NCBI GenBank assembly: GCA_965214935.1
Contig: CBDCCS010000015.1
Span: forward strand, 1-64,000
DNA length: 64,000 bases
Origin: Candidatus Velthaea sp.
GTDB taxonomy: Bacteria; Vulcanimicrobiota; Vulcanimicrobiia; Vulcanimicrobiales; Vulcanimicrobiaceae
Direction of reading: 5' to 3'
Position 1 is the stretch's first letter. Every line of letters begins with the position of its first letter. The translations under genes were made by a program, and so were the position numbers. Shown piece after piece: positions 47,949-56,938 of the stretch. The notes under the pieces are model-generated. The model did no database searches. It was not told the DNA's origin and was given only the letters and a program-made list of their open reading frames with translations.

Positions 47949-49715
47949 TCACGGTGCGCCGTTCGCACCCTCCGCATAAAGAAACGCTTGTTCGGCTTCG
48001 CGCAATGTATAGACGGCGGTCGACTGATCCGTCAATGCTTGCGTGAGTCCGACCTGTGCATTGAGCAACAGCGGTAATGTCGTGACGCCGGCGCGATACT
48101 GGGCTTGCGTCGATCTGAGGACGACCTGCGCTTGAGTGAGCTCGGCGTTCGTGCTGGTAAGCGCCGCCCGAGCGGACACGAGCGCAACGAGTGATTGCTT
48201 CACGTTGAGTTGCACGCTCTGAACGATCGTCGCCTGGTTGGCGAGGCCGAGCGCGAGGTTGCCGCGCGCTTGCGCAACATCGGCGGCGACGATCCCCTGA
48301 TCGTACAATGGAAGCGTTAGCGCAAGTCCGACCGACGAGTTGTTACGAAACGTGCCTCCGGTGAGATCGGTCGATGCCGTCGACGCCGACGCATTGGCAT
48401 TCAACGATGGAAAATTCGTGAGCTGCGCGGCGCGTAATGAAGCGCGATATCCCTCGACGGTGTATTGAGTCGAGACAACGTCGGGCCGGAGCGCGATCGC
48501 GCGTGCAATCGCCTGGGCGTAGGTCGGGACTTCGACCACCGGCGTGACGTCCGTTCCGTTCACCGGCGTATCGTCGCGCGGCAGCACGGCGGTGTTGGCG
48601 TCGAGCCCCATTGCATTGGCGAAGGTCGCTTGAGCGCTGAGCTCGGTGCCTTGATCCCGAATGACGGCGACGCGAGCTTGCGCCGTCGGCAATTGGGCGG
48701 TCGAGAGATCGGCGCGCGCCGCCGAACCGGCACGAATCTGCGCCGAAACGAGGCTCTCATTGGTCTGATCGACCAGCACGGTCTGTACGGCGACGGCGGT
48801 TGCACGCTGCGCGGCAAGCGATGTGTAATACGCATTGGCGACGTTGTAAGCGACGGTCTGAAGTTCGCGTTTGTAGGCGGCAGCTTGCGCATTTTGGTTG
48901 TTGCGCGCCGCGCGCAATTCGGCGGAGACCCGACCGCCGTCATAGATCAACTGCGACAGCGTCACTGAAAAAGAATTGGACGAATAGGTTAGCGGCGATA
49001 GTGCGGTCACCACGCCGGTCGTGCCGCCCGTACCGGTGCCGGTGCCCGTCCCCGTGGTCCCGCCGGTTCCGGTTCCGGTTCCGGTCCCGCCCGTCCCCGT
49101 GCCGGTTCCTGTCCCGGTGCCCGTGCCCGTCCCGGTGCCCGTGCCCGTGCCCGTACCGCCGGTGCCCGTCCCCGTACCGCCGGTGCCGGTGCCGGTGCCG
49201 CCGGTGCCGGTACCGGTGCCCGTCCCCGTGCCGCCGGTGTTCCCGCCCGTTCCGCTGGTGACGACGGAGGCGCGGCTGCCGTCTTGACTATGGATGCGAC
49301 TCGATGCAATCGAGCCCGAGACGCTCGGAAAGAGTGCCGTGCGGGCAAGTTGGACCGGTGCCGCGGCAATCTGGAGTTGTGCCCGCGCTTGAGCGAGCAG
49401 CGGAGAACGCGCGTAGCCGATCGACGTTGCCTGATCGAGCGTGATCACTTGCGGGATCGACGGATTCACTTCACCGCCGTTGACACCCGCCGCCGGATTG
49501 CCGTACGCCGGGTACGGTAAGCTCGTCGGCTGGCTTGCCGGCGGCAGCGTCACGGTCGCATTGGGATTGAACGTGCTGCGCGGCGACGGAGGCTGAGCCG
49601 GTTGCGACGCCGGCGCAGAAGTTGACTGCGCGCGCACGATACGCGGGATCGTCGTCGCGACGACGAACGCCGCGAGCGCGACGCTCGTAAGCGCGCGAAG
49701 CTGGAATTGCTGCAA
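47949..49715 (-). CDS. TolC-family outer-membrane efflux protein with a Thr-Gly insert
   Basis: Signal peptide and two OEP repeats (FPSVS...QLIYDGG; FPSLN...LPLYDQG), with YRAGVTT. Confidence 0.92.
   Translation of the reverse strand: MQQFQLRALTSVALAAFVVATTIPRIVRAQSTSAPASQPAQPPSPRSTFNPNATVTLPPASQPTSLPYPAYGNPAAGVNGGEVNPSIPQVITLDQATSIGYARSPLLAQARAQLQIAAAPVQLARTALFPSVSGSIASSRIHSQDGSRASVVTSGTGGNTGGTGTGTGTGTGGTGTGTGGTGTGTGGTGTGTGTGTGTGTGTGTGTGTGGTGTGTGTGGTTGTGTGTGTGGTTGVVTALSPLTYSSNSFSVTLSQLIYDGGRVSAELRAARNNQNAQAAAYKRELQTVAYNVANAYYTSLAAQRATAVAVQTVLVDQTNESLVSAQIRAGSAARADLSTAQLPTAQARVAVIRDQGTELSAQATFANAMGLDANTAVLPRDDTPVNGTDVTPVVEVPTYAQAIARAIALRPDVVSTQYTVEGYRASLRAAQLTNFPSLNANASASTASTDLTGGTFRNNSSVGLALTLPLYDQGIVAADVAQARGNLALGLANQATIVQSVQLNVKQSLVALVSARAALTSTNAELTQAQVVLRSTQAQYRAGVTTLPLLLNAQVGLTQALTDQSTAVYTLREAEQAFLYAEGANGAP
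49014..49259 (-). repeat. Coding low-complexity (Thr-Gly)n / GGTGT repeat, about 82 codons
   Basis: Degenerate ACN-GGN hexamer tandem array with mixed synonymous codons. Confidence 0.95.
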
Positions 49716-49726
49716 GTTCGGTGCTC

Positions 49727-51157
49727 CTACTTCGCGGCTTGAGCGGGCGAAGCACTCATCGCAACGATACTCTTATCTTGTAACGCGTCCGGACGCGTGG
49801 TGATGACCGTCGTGCCCGCCGTGACGTCGGGCGACTCGATCTCCGCGAGCGTATCGGTCTGCAACCCAAGCCGAACCAGAACTGCTTTCGCCTGTTTGAT
49901 TACCGGTGGACTGCCGCCTCCAGGTGCGCCCCCGCCGGCCGGCGCGCCGCTCCCGGAACCCGCGGGTGCGGCTCCGGAGCCCGCCGGCGCAGGCGGATCG
50001 ACGACGGTAAAAACGCTCGCTCCGGCCTCGGTCGTCACGATCGCCGTCCGCGGAACGACGATTGCATTGTTGTGACGCGCCTGTACGATCTGCACGGTGA
50101 CGAGCATGCCGCCCCGCAGCGCGTTGTCGGGATTGGACTGCATCAGCCGCGCGCGGTACGACAGGGTGCCGCTCGTCGGCGTCGCGTTGACGTCGTAGAC
50201 CGATCCGTGAAAGGTCCGGCCCGGGGCACTGCTCGTCGTGAACGCGACCGACGTACCGCGCCGGACGTAGCCTAGATCTTCATCCGGCACGTTGACGTTG
50301 ACGTAAACGGTGTCGACTTGCGAAACTTGCACGATCGGTGCATTCGGCCCGGCAAAGGAGCCGGGATCGAGCAAACGCTGCGTAACCACGCCGTCGAACG
50401 GGGCATAGACGCTGGTTTGCGCAATCTGCGTTTGCAGCAGCTTCACTTGCCCGATTTGCGACTCCAACGTACCGCGAGCAGCGGCAACCGTCTGCGTTTG
50501 AATCCCGGTTTGCCCGAGGTTGCGCCGCGCACTCGACAACGCGGCTTGAGTGGCAACGACCTGCGTCCGCGCGTTTGCGACCGCTTGTTGCGCGGCAACA
50601 TCCTGCGCTCGCGATTGCTCGATCTGGGTTTGCGAGACGTAACCCTGCGAGAAGAGTTGTTGATTCTGCCTGAAGACGAGGTGCGCGTTGGTTGCCGCGG
50701 CTTGATCGCTCACGAGCGTGTTACGCGCCGAGGCGAGGACTTGTTCGGCGTTCGTCACGGCCGAGCTTACGGTTTGGCTCGTGATCGGATTCTGCAGCGT
50801 TTGACCTTGCAGCGTCGCTTGGGCTTGAGTCACGAGCCCCTGCGCTTGGGCCAATTGCGCGCGCAACGTCGAATCGTCGATTTTCGCGAGCAACTCGCCG
50901 CGCTTCACACGCGCGCCTTCGCGAACGAATACGTTGACGAGCGTTCCGGATTGCGGCGAACCGACGGTCGACTGTTGCATCGGCGAAATTTGACCGTCTA
51001 AGGTAAGGTAGGTGGCGATGTCGCTGCGCTGCGCTTGCGCGACATTGACGGCAATCGGCGGCGGACCCGCATTTCCACCGCCGCCTGACTTGCCGCAAGC
51101 CGTCATCGCGACGGAAAAAATCGTCGCGCCGATGATCGCGCGCGCTGTGCGTCCCAT
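49727..51157 (-). CDS. Efflux periplasmic adaptor (membrane fusion) lipoprotein
   Basis: Lipobox MTAC; lipoyl half-motifs (VREGARVKRGELL; APFDGVV) and a long coiled coil. Confidence 0.93.
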   Translation of the reverse strand: MGRTARAIIGATIFSVAMTACGKSGGGGNAGPPPIAVNVAQAQRSDIATYLTLDGQISPMQQSTVGSPQSGTLVNVFVREGARVKRGELLAKIDDSTLRAQLAQAQGLVTQAQATLQGQTLQNPITSQTVSSAVTNAEQVLASARNTLVSDQAAATNAHLVFRQNQQLFSQGYVSQTQIEQSRAQDVAAQQAVANARTQVVATQAALSSARRNLGQTGIQTQTVAAARGTLESQIGQVKLLQTQIAQTSVYAPFDGVVTQRLLDPGSFAGPNAPIVQVSQVDTVYVNVNVPDEDLGYVRRGTSVAFTTSSAPGRTFHGSVYDVNATPTSGTLSYRARLMQSNPDNALRGGMLVTVQIVQARHNNAIVVPRTAIVTTEAGASVFTVVDPPAPAGSGAAPAGSGSGAPAGGGAPGGGSPPVIKQAKAVLVRLGLQTDTLAEIESPDVTAGTTVITTRPDALQDKSIVAMSASPAQAAK

Positions 51158-51303
51158 GTGACTCCTTTGTACCTTGTAAATCTGCTAAGCGGCTAAGATT
51201 CACGCCGGCCGGCGTCTTTCCCGACGTCCGGCGCAGCATTCGCTCATGCGATTTACCGGCGGAATGCCAGAAATGATTCACACGGCTGCTGCTCGTATCG
51301 TGC

Positions 51304-51702
51304 ATGAGCATGGCAGCGAAACTCGACGTCGGCCGAACTTATCAGAGCCAAACGCGCGTCGAAGAGTGGATGACCGCCGAAAAAGCCGGTAATAAAGGCG
51401 TCGACGTCTTATCGACGCCGATGCTCCTGCAGTTAGTCGAGGACGCCGCAATGCAGTGCATTGCTCCCACGATGGCCGCCGGCCAGGTTAGCCTGGGCAC
51501 CTATGTCGACCTCGCGCATCTGGCGTCGACGCCGGTCGGCTTCATCGTTCGAACCGAAGTCGAGGTCATCAAGCTCGATGGCCGACGCGTCGAATTCGCA
51601 TTTTCGGCGTTCGACGAACGTGAAAAAATCGCCGAAGGCACGCACGAGCGGTATCTCACGGAGCGCACGCGCTTGGTCGAACGGCTCGAAGAAAAGCGCT
51701 GA
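51304..51702 (+). CDS. Hotdog-fold thioesterase (FlK-like)
   Basis: VLSTPML..VEDAA, HLASTPVG and GTHER motifs; Thr-Glu-His triad. Confidence 0.9.
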   Translation: MSMAAKLDVGRTYQSQTRVEEWMTAEKAGNKGVDVLSTPMLLQLVEDAAMQCIAPTMAAGQVSLGTYVDLAHLASTPVGFIVRTEVEVIKLDGRRVEFAFSAFDEREKIAEGTHERYLTERTRLVERLEEKR

Positions 51703-51706
51703 TCCG

Positions 51707-53179
51707 TTAGAGTGTGATGGTACTGCTGATCGAACGCGCGGCAGCGACGCCCGAAAGTGATGCGCCGACCGTACTTTGACCCGGAAAAACGCTGTCGCCG
51801 CATAAGCGCAGGCCGGCGATGCCGCTACGGTGTGAGAGCGCGCGCAGGTTTGCATTCGCGCATGTCTGCGGCGAACCGCCGACCAGGCCGCGGAAACGTC
51901 CCGTGTAGCGGGCAAACGTATGCGGGGTTGCATACTCGACGAGATCGGCCCGGTCCCATGCGCCGGGCGCAATGCGCTCGAGAGCAGCGCGCAACCGTGC
52001 TCCATATTCGTGCTTCCGCCGCTCGTAGAAGTTGTCTTCGTATGCACGCTCCCAAGCGGCAACGTCGGTGTGCGTCGAGATCGTCACCGCCCGACCGCCG
52101 TTGCGCGCGCGTTGCCGTTCCCCAGCCGCCGAAAACGACACGAACACCGAGTTGCCTTCGCCCAGCGGCGCATCGGCATCCATAACGAGCTGATGATGGA
52201 GCGCACAATCGTCGGGCACGGTACCGGCGCGCAAGCCGACATACGACATAAAGGCACCCCAGCGTTGCGGCGTCGCGGCAAAGCGAGTTTGTAGCGCGCC
52301 GGCGTGCGCACCCAACATTTGCCGAACGTCCGCGACCGGGATAGCAGCGATCACATGAGCCGCGTGCAGCGTGTCGCCGGTCGCTAAACGCACGCCGCAC
52401 ACGCGGCCGCGTTCGACGACGAAACTGCAAACCGACGTTCGGTATGCGATTTCTCCCCGGCGGCGCCGGATCGCGCGCGCCAGCGCGATCGAAATGTCCG
52501 AAACGCCGTTCGCAAGATGAAACGTCCCCTCGCGCGCGATATCGAGCGCGGTAGCACCATACGCGAGATCCGTCGATGCAGCGTCGGTTTGCGCGGTAAT
52601 CAACAATTGCGCATCGACGAAGGCACGCAATTTCGCGTCTGCAGCCGGCGGTAAAATTTGAGCGACGGTTTTACCGATTGTACCCGCGAGCATGAGATGC
52701 CGCGGACGCATTGCCCCCGCGAAAGCGCGCACGCCCGCAAGATCGACCGGCAATGCCGGAAAGCGGGTTGAGAAATCCCACGCGACATCTGCGATGCGTT
52801 CTTGCTTGCGCCAAAACGATTCTGCCGCCGGACCGAATGCGCGCAGCCGTTCGATCGGCCAGCGCGCGTCGCCGAACCGGCAAATGCGGTCGCCGCCGAC
52901 ATGCACCACCATTGCCGGCTCCACGGCCGTAGCGTCGAGCGAGACGTCGAGCCGCTCGAACAAGCGCCGGTGCGCACCGCGCGTCCCGAAACCGCTCACG
53001 AGCGTTGCACCAACATCGAAACGGTAATCGCCGCGCACGTAAAACGACGCGCAGCCGCCCGGTTGCGCGTGTTGCTCGATAACTTGAACGCGTGCACCGT
53101 CACGCGCGAGCAATGCACCCGCCGTCAAGCCGGCGACGCCCGCTCCGACGATAATTACATCCGGGTGATTTTGACGCAC
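51707..53179 (-). CDS. Phytoene desaturase-family FAD oxidoreductase (CrtD-like)
   Basis: GAGVAGL, PGGCAS, FDVGAT, ATP.TF and CGDSVFPG motifs; start uncertain. Confidence 0.85.
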   Translation of the reverse strand: MRQNHPDVIIVGAGVAGLTAGALLARDGARVQVIEQHAQPGGCASFYVRGDYRFDVGATLVSGFGTRGAHRRLFERLDVSLDATAVEPAMVVHVGGDRICRFGDARWPIERLRAFGPAAESFWRKQERIADVAWDFSTRFPALPVDLAGVRAFAGAMRPRHLMLAGTIGKTVAQILPPAADAKLRAFVDAQLLITAQTDAASTDLAYGATALDIAREGTFHLANGVSDISIALARAIRRRRGEIAYRTSVCSFVVERGRVCGVRLATGDTLHAAHVIAAIPVADVRQMLGAHAGALQTRFAATPQRWGAFMSYVGLRAGTVPDDCALHHQLVMDADAPLGEGNSVFVSFSAAGERQRARNGGRAVTISTHTDVAAWERAYEDNFYERRKHEYGARLRAALERIAPGAWDRADLVEYATPHTFARYTGRFRGLVGGSPQTCANANLRALSHRSGIAGLRLCGDSVFPGQSTVGASLSGVAAARSISSTITL

Positions 53180-53321
53180 TTTGGAACCGTCACGACGTAT
53201 CGACACGTTCACTAGGACGACTGCGCGGAAGCAAATATCATTGTCTGCCGTTTCGCGCGGAAAGCAGCGTTGCTTGGTAACGTTGCCGATACAAGGGGGC
53301 GCCCGCGTGCTTCCCTCTCGT

Positions 53322-53347
53322 GATTAAGGGTTATGACGAATGGGTAA
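53322..53347 (+). promoter_or_regulatory. SigB/SigF-type promoter candidate
   Basis: GATT-N16-GGGTAA, about 110 bp upstream of the start at 53460. Confidence 0.45.
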
Positions 53348-53459
53348 TTTGTGCCTCGGTTCAAGGGAGCTAGCGTGAAAGCGCTTGCTTTTTGCCGCGT
53401 GCACCGGCATCCCACCGGTCTATGCCTGAAATGACACCACACACATCTAGGAGACTTCA

Positions 53460-54797
53460 TTGAAACGACTCAGCTCCGGGATTCTGATGGCGATCGTCGC
53501 CGTGGGATTCGGGCTGTCATCGGTCAATGCGCAAACTACGGCAGCGAAAGGTAACGAAGGAAACTCGTCGTCTGCTACGCTTGTTGCACAGACCGGTAAC
53601 GTCCCGCCCGCGGACTTCGGCGCGCCGCCATCAGGCGAAATTCCGATCCTCTTCAACGACCATCACGTTTACTCAAAACCCGACCGGCTCAAGCAGAATC
53701 GCGTGCTTGCCGCGCTCGTTCGGGGCAACACAATTCTCGTTCCGTTGCGCTCGATGTTCGAGCAAACCGGTGCGACGGTTTCATACGATCCGGCTTCAAA
53801 GACGGTCGATGTTTCCAAACCCGGCTCCGACGTTAAAGTCACCGTCGGACGCCCCGAGGTCGTCATCAACGGCGAGAGCCGTCCGCTTGACGTGCCGCCC
53901 GAGATTTACAAAGGCACCGTCGTCGTCCCGCTTCGCGTCATCAGCGAAGGCATGGGCGCTTACGTCCAGTGGGTTCCGGAACGCAAAACCGTCGTCGTTC
54001 GCTACATAGCAGCGCCGCCGCCGTTGCCGCCTCCGCCGCCGACGCCGATCCCGACCGAGGCACCGACCGCCGTTCCGGCGACGCCGACCCCGGCTCCCAG
54101 CCCGACCGTTTATTACGAGCACTTCATCGTCGGCGATTATCTGTTCAATCCCAAAGTGTATAATGAGTTTTCGCCGGGCAATAAGGGCGTCAACAGCTCG
54201 TATGCCGCGCGTGCCGCAGTCGAGTTCCCGCTCTTCAGCCTCCCCTGGATGCTCGAAGGCGACTATCGTAGCTACAAGTATCCGTATACGGGCGTAACAC
54301 CGGTCACGGTTATCGGCGGCTACGGTCAAGTGCTGCCGCCGGCGTTTACCGCGCGCGATAGCGATTTTGACGGCCGCTTCGGTCTCAAGGTTGCCGATCC
54401 GCGCATTTATATCGGCGTTGGTTATCTGCATCGCGATACCAACTACGGCTATCCGAAACAGAACGGCTTCGGCTTCGGGCTTGAGAAATTGCCCGACCTC
54501 GATCAGACGTTCTCGGTGTACGGCAGCGTGTACTACTATCCCAGCGTAACCGCGAATTACACGTTCCCGGCCGACGCATTCACGACGGCCGCCGGAATTG
54601 CCGGTACGACCGGTAAGTTCAACGACCGTTTCCTCAAATACCAAGTCGGCGTGACGATCGATTTGACGGGCGCGAAAGCTCCGTTCGGTCTGTTCCTCGA
54701 CGGCGGCTTCCTGGGCGATTCCGTCCGCGGAAAATCGCTCTCGCCTTCGGATGCCTCGCATGCGGGCGCATACCTCGGCTTAGGTCTCAAGTTCTAA
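53460..54797 (+). CDS. Outer-membrane protein: copper-amine-oxidase N-terminal (stalk) domain, Pro-rich linker and probable beta-barrel
   Basis: Signal peptide; ILVPLRSMFE and VVPLRVISEGMGAYVQW; PPPLPPPPPTP linker; amphipathic strands ending YLGLGLKF. AGGAG RBS before TTG. Confidence 0.82.
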   Translation: MKRLSSGILMAIVAVGFGLSSVNAQTTAAKGNEGNSSSATLVAQTGNVPPADFGAPPSGEIPILFNDHHVYSKPDRLKQNRVLAALVRGNTILVPLRSMFEQTGATVSYDPASKTVDVSKPGSDVKVTVGRPEVVINGESRPLDVPPEIYKGTVVVPLRVISEGMGAYVQWVPERKTVVVRYIAAPPPLPPPPPTPIPTEAPTAVPATPTPAPSPTVYYEHFIVGDYLFNPKVYNEFSPGNKGVNSSYAARAAVEFPLFSLPWMLEGDYRSYKYPYTGVTPVTVIGGYGQVLPPAFTARDSDFDGRFGLKVADPRIYIGVGYLHRDTNYGYPKQNGFGFGLEKLPDLDQTFSVYGSVYYYPSVTANYTFPADAFTTAAGIAGTTGKFNDRFLKYQVGVTIDLTGAKAPFGLFLDGGFLGDSVRGKSLSPSDASHAGAYLGLGLKF

Positions 54798-54821
54798 ACG
54801 CTTAGGCGTACGCAACGCGAG

Positions 54822-54856
54822 AAAAAGGCTCCCGGGAAACCGGGAGCCTTTTTTTT
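54822..54856. terminator. Bidirectional intrinsic terminator
   Basis: AAAAA-GGCTCCCGG-GAAA-CCGGGAGCC-TTTTTTTT between convergent genes. Confidence 0.93.
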
Positions 54857-54873
54857 GAAATCGCGACGAGAAG

Positions 54874-55584
54874 CTACGGCGGATTGAGCAGCGGCGGCGT
54901 CGCTGACGGCAGCGGTTCGGGACTGGCCGTCGGCGCCGGTTGACCGGAAAGATCTCCCGCGCCGGAATTCATCGAACTCGATCCCGTAACGCTCGGCGTA
55001 CTCGACGGTGAAACTTCGGGCGCGGCGACTTCCGCGGCGGTCGCGGTCGGACTGGGAGCGGGGACTGCTGCGGTGTTCAGCGGAGCGTGCCCGACCTTAC
55101 CTTGCGCGAGCTCTTTCTTTCCGGCTTTGCCGTACCATGTCGCCGGGAAATCGCGCACCAGCCACTGCATGGTCGCAAGCGAACGTTTGCGACCTTCATC
55201 CGTATCGAGTTTGGCGTACATGCGCTCGAGTGCAAACACCGTTTTTGCCAGCCACGTGTCGGTGGGATATTTGTGCTCCCAGTCGCGTGTCGCTTCCTCG
55301 GCGAAAGCTGCCTTACTCGCCTGCTGCATCCAGCGCGTTTGATCGATCTCGATGTTCGCGCCCACATCTTTGATGGTATTGCGGATGCCGAGCACACTGA
55401 TCTTGAGCTTACCGAAATATTCGTCGGCCGGAGCAACTTTGAGCGGCGCCTTGGGTGCCGGTTTCGCGGCGAAAGGCTTTGGCGCGAGCGTTGGTTTCGC
55501 CGTCGGCACGGCCGTTGTCGTGGCCGGCATCGCCGCAGTTGTCGTCGCGGCAACTAACGAAACACACGCGAGTAATCGTTTCAC
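54874..55584 (-). CDS. Secreted helical hypothetical protein with Pro/Ala/Ser-rich termini
   Basis: Signal peptide, APADEYFG core, TPR-like helices (WEHKYP, LVRDFP). Confidence 0.7.
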   Translation of the reverse strand: MKRLLACVSLVAATTTAAMPATTTAVPTAKPTLAPKPFAAKPAPKAPLKVAPADEYFGKLKISVLGIRNTIKDVGANIEIDQTRWMQQASKAAFAEEATRDWEHKYPTDTWLAKTVFALERMYAKLDTDEGRKRSLATMQWLVRDFPATWYGKAGKKELAQGKVGHAPLNTAAVPAPSPTATAAEVAAPEVSPSSTPSVTGSSSMNSGAGDLSGQPAPTASPEPLPSATPPLLNPP

Positions 55585-55654
55585 AGCGATCCTCAACTAT
55601 GCTACGTGGTATGACGGCGCGTTCATAAAACGCCGTCGATTGGAGTTAGTGTTC

Positions 55655-56938
55655 GTGAGTGCTCGCCCGAGGTCCGTTGCCGTTCTGCAACTTTGCGCGC
55701 ACGATCGGCGTGATTTTGAGCGGCGCTGGCCGGAGATTCGCGCACGTATCGGAGCAGCGGCGCAAGACGGTGCCGAACTTATTGTCCTGCCCGAAGGAAC
55801 CGTGCCCGCCTATGTTATCGGCACCGAAGTTGTCGATCCGCAGTTGCTCGAAGCAGCCGCTCGCGACGTCATTGCAATTGCAGCTCAAAGCGGCGCTACG
55901 ATCGTGTATGGCGGCGGGCGGTACGACGCCGAACGCTTCGTCAATTCCGCTTACGTCGTCACTGCCGACGGCATCGTCGGAACCGCTGATAAGTTTTTTC
56001 TTTGGCACTTCGACCGGCGCTGGTTTCGCGCCGGGGAGCGGCTTGCGCCGGTGCCTTCGCCGGCCGGACTGCTCGGCGTTCTCATTTGCGCCGACGGACG
56101 CATTCCGACCATCGCTGCAACACTCGTCGACCGCGGCGCCGAAATCTTAGTCGTGCCGACCGCGTGGGTCAGCAGCGGCCGCGATCCGCTCGTGCTTGAA
56201 AACATGCAAGCCGATTTAATGCTAAACGTTCGCGCCTTCGAGAACGGCGTTCCGCTCGTCGCTGCCAATAAATGCGGCATCGAGGCGCGCAGCGTCGCCT
56301 ATTGCGGAAAAAGCGCCATCGTGGCCGCCGACGGTTCGTTTGTCGCGCGTGCCGAGCAGCACGGTGAAACGACGCTGCGTGGCACGGTCGCCGTCGGCGC
56401 AGCCTATCCGATGCGGACGGCGGCTGCGCGCGCCGTCGAACGCGGCGAAGATCTCGCGCCGCTGCCGGCCGTGCTGCGCATAGCGATCGGCGTTACAACC
56501 GAGCCGGCATTACATGCAGTCGCTGCCGTCGCCGACGCCGAGTTGGTGATCGATCCGCATACGCATCCGCTTTGCGCCGAGATGGCGCTCGTGCAAGACG
56601 AAGCAATGCTCGATCCACGCGCACTTGTTGCGCCACGCTTAGCCGGAGTACGGCTTTTCGTCTGGCATGCGTCGATTGCCGCTCGCTGGGTGACGCCGCT
56701 GGCGCGCACGCGCGCCGCAGAGTTGCGCGCTTATGTCGTCGTACTCGACACGCTCGGCCGGCGAGCATTCGCCATCGACCCGGACGGCACTATCCTTTGC
56801 GGCACGTTCGAGGGTTTCGATATCGCTGCATTCAGCTTCGATCGCACGCGGACCGACGCTTGGACGATCGCTCCGCATACCGATGTGCGTGCCGCCTTGT
56901 CGTCGGTCGAATCGATCGCATCGCTTGCCGTACGCTGA
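55655..56938 (+). CDS. Carbon-nitrogen hydrolase (nitrilase superfamily) with a degenerate second domain
   Basis: Catalytic triad Glu (LPEG), Lys (ADKFFL), Cys (ICADG); RAFEN; C-terminal RAAELRAY..IDPDG half-repeat. Confidence 0.85.
   Translation: MSARPRSVAVLQLCAHDRRDFERRWPEIRARIGAAAQDGAELIVLPEGTVPAYVIGTEVVDPQLLEAAARDVIAIAAQSGATIVYGGGRYDAERFVNSAYVVTADGIVGTADKFFLWHFDRRWFRAGERLAPVPSPAGLLGVLICADGRIPTIAATLVDRGAEILVVPTAWVSSGRDPLVLENMQADLMLNVRAFENGVPLVAANKCGIEARSVAYCGKSAIVAADGSFVARAEQHGETTLRGTVAVGAAYPMRTAAARAVERGEDLAPLPAVLRIAIGVTTEPALHAVAAVADAELVIDPHTHPLCAEMALVQDEAMLDPRALVAPRLAGVRLFVWHASIAARWVTPLARTRAAELRAYVVVLDTLGRRAFAIDPDGTILCGTFEGFDIAAFSFDRTRTDAWTIAPHTDVRAALSSVESIASLAVR

Noticed and set aside
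49014..49259. Tandem repeat read as a CRISPR array or as a separate (Pro-Val)n ORF on the plus strand
   Set aside because: There are no constant repeats with unique spacers; it is in-frame coding sequence within TolC, and the PV ORF is simply its antisense.
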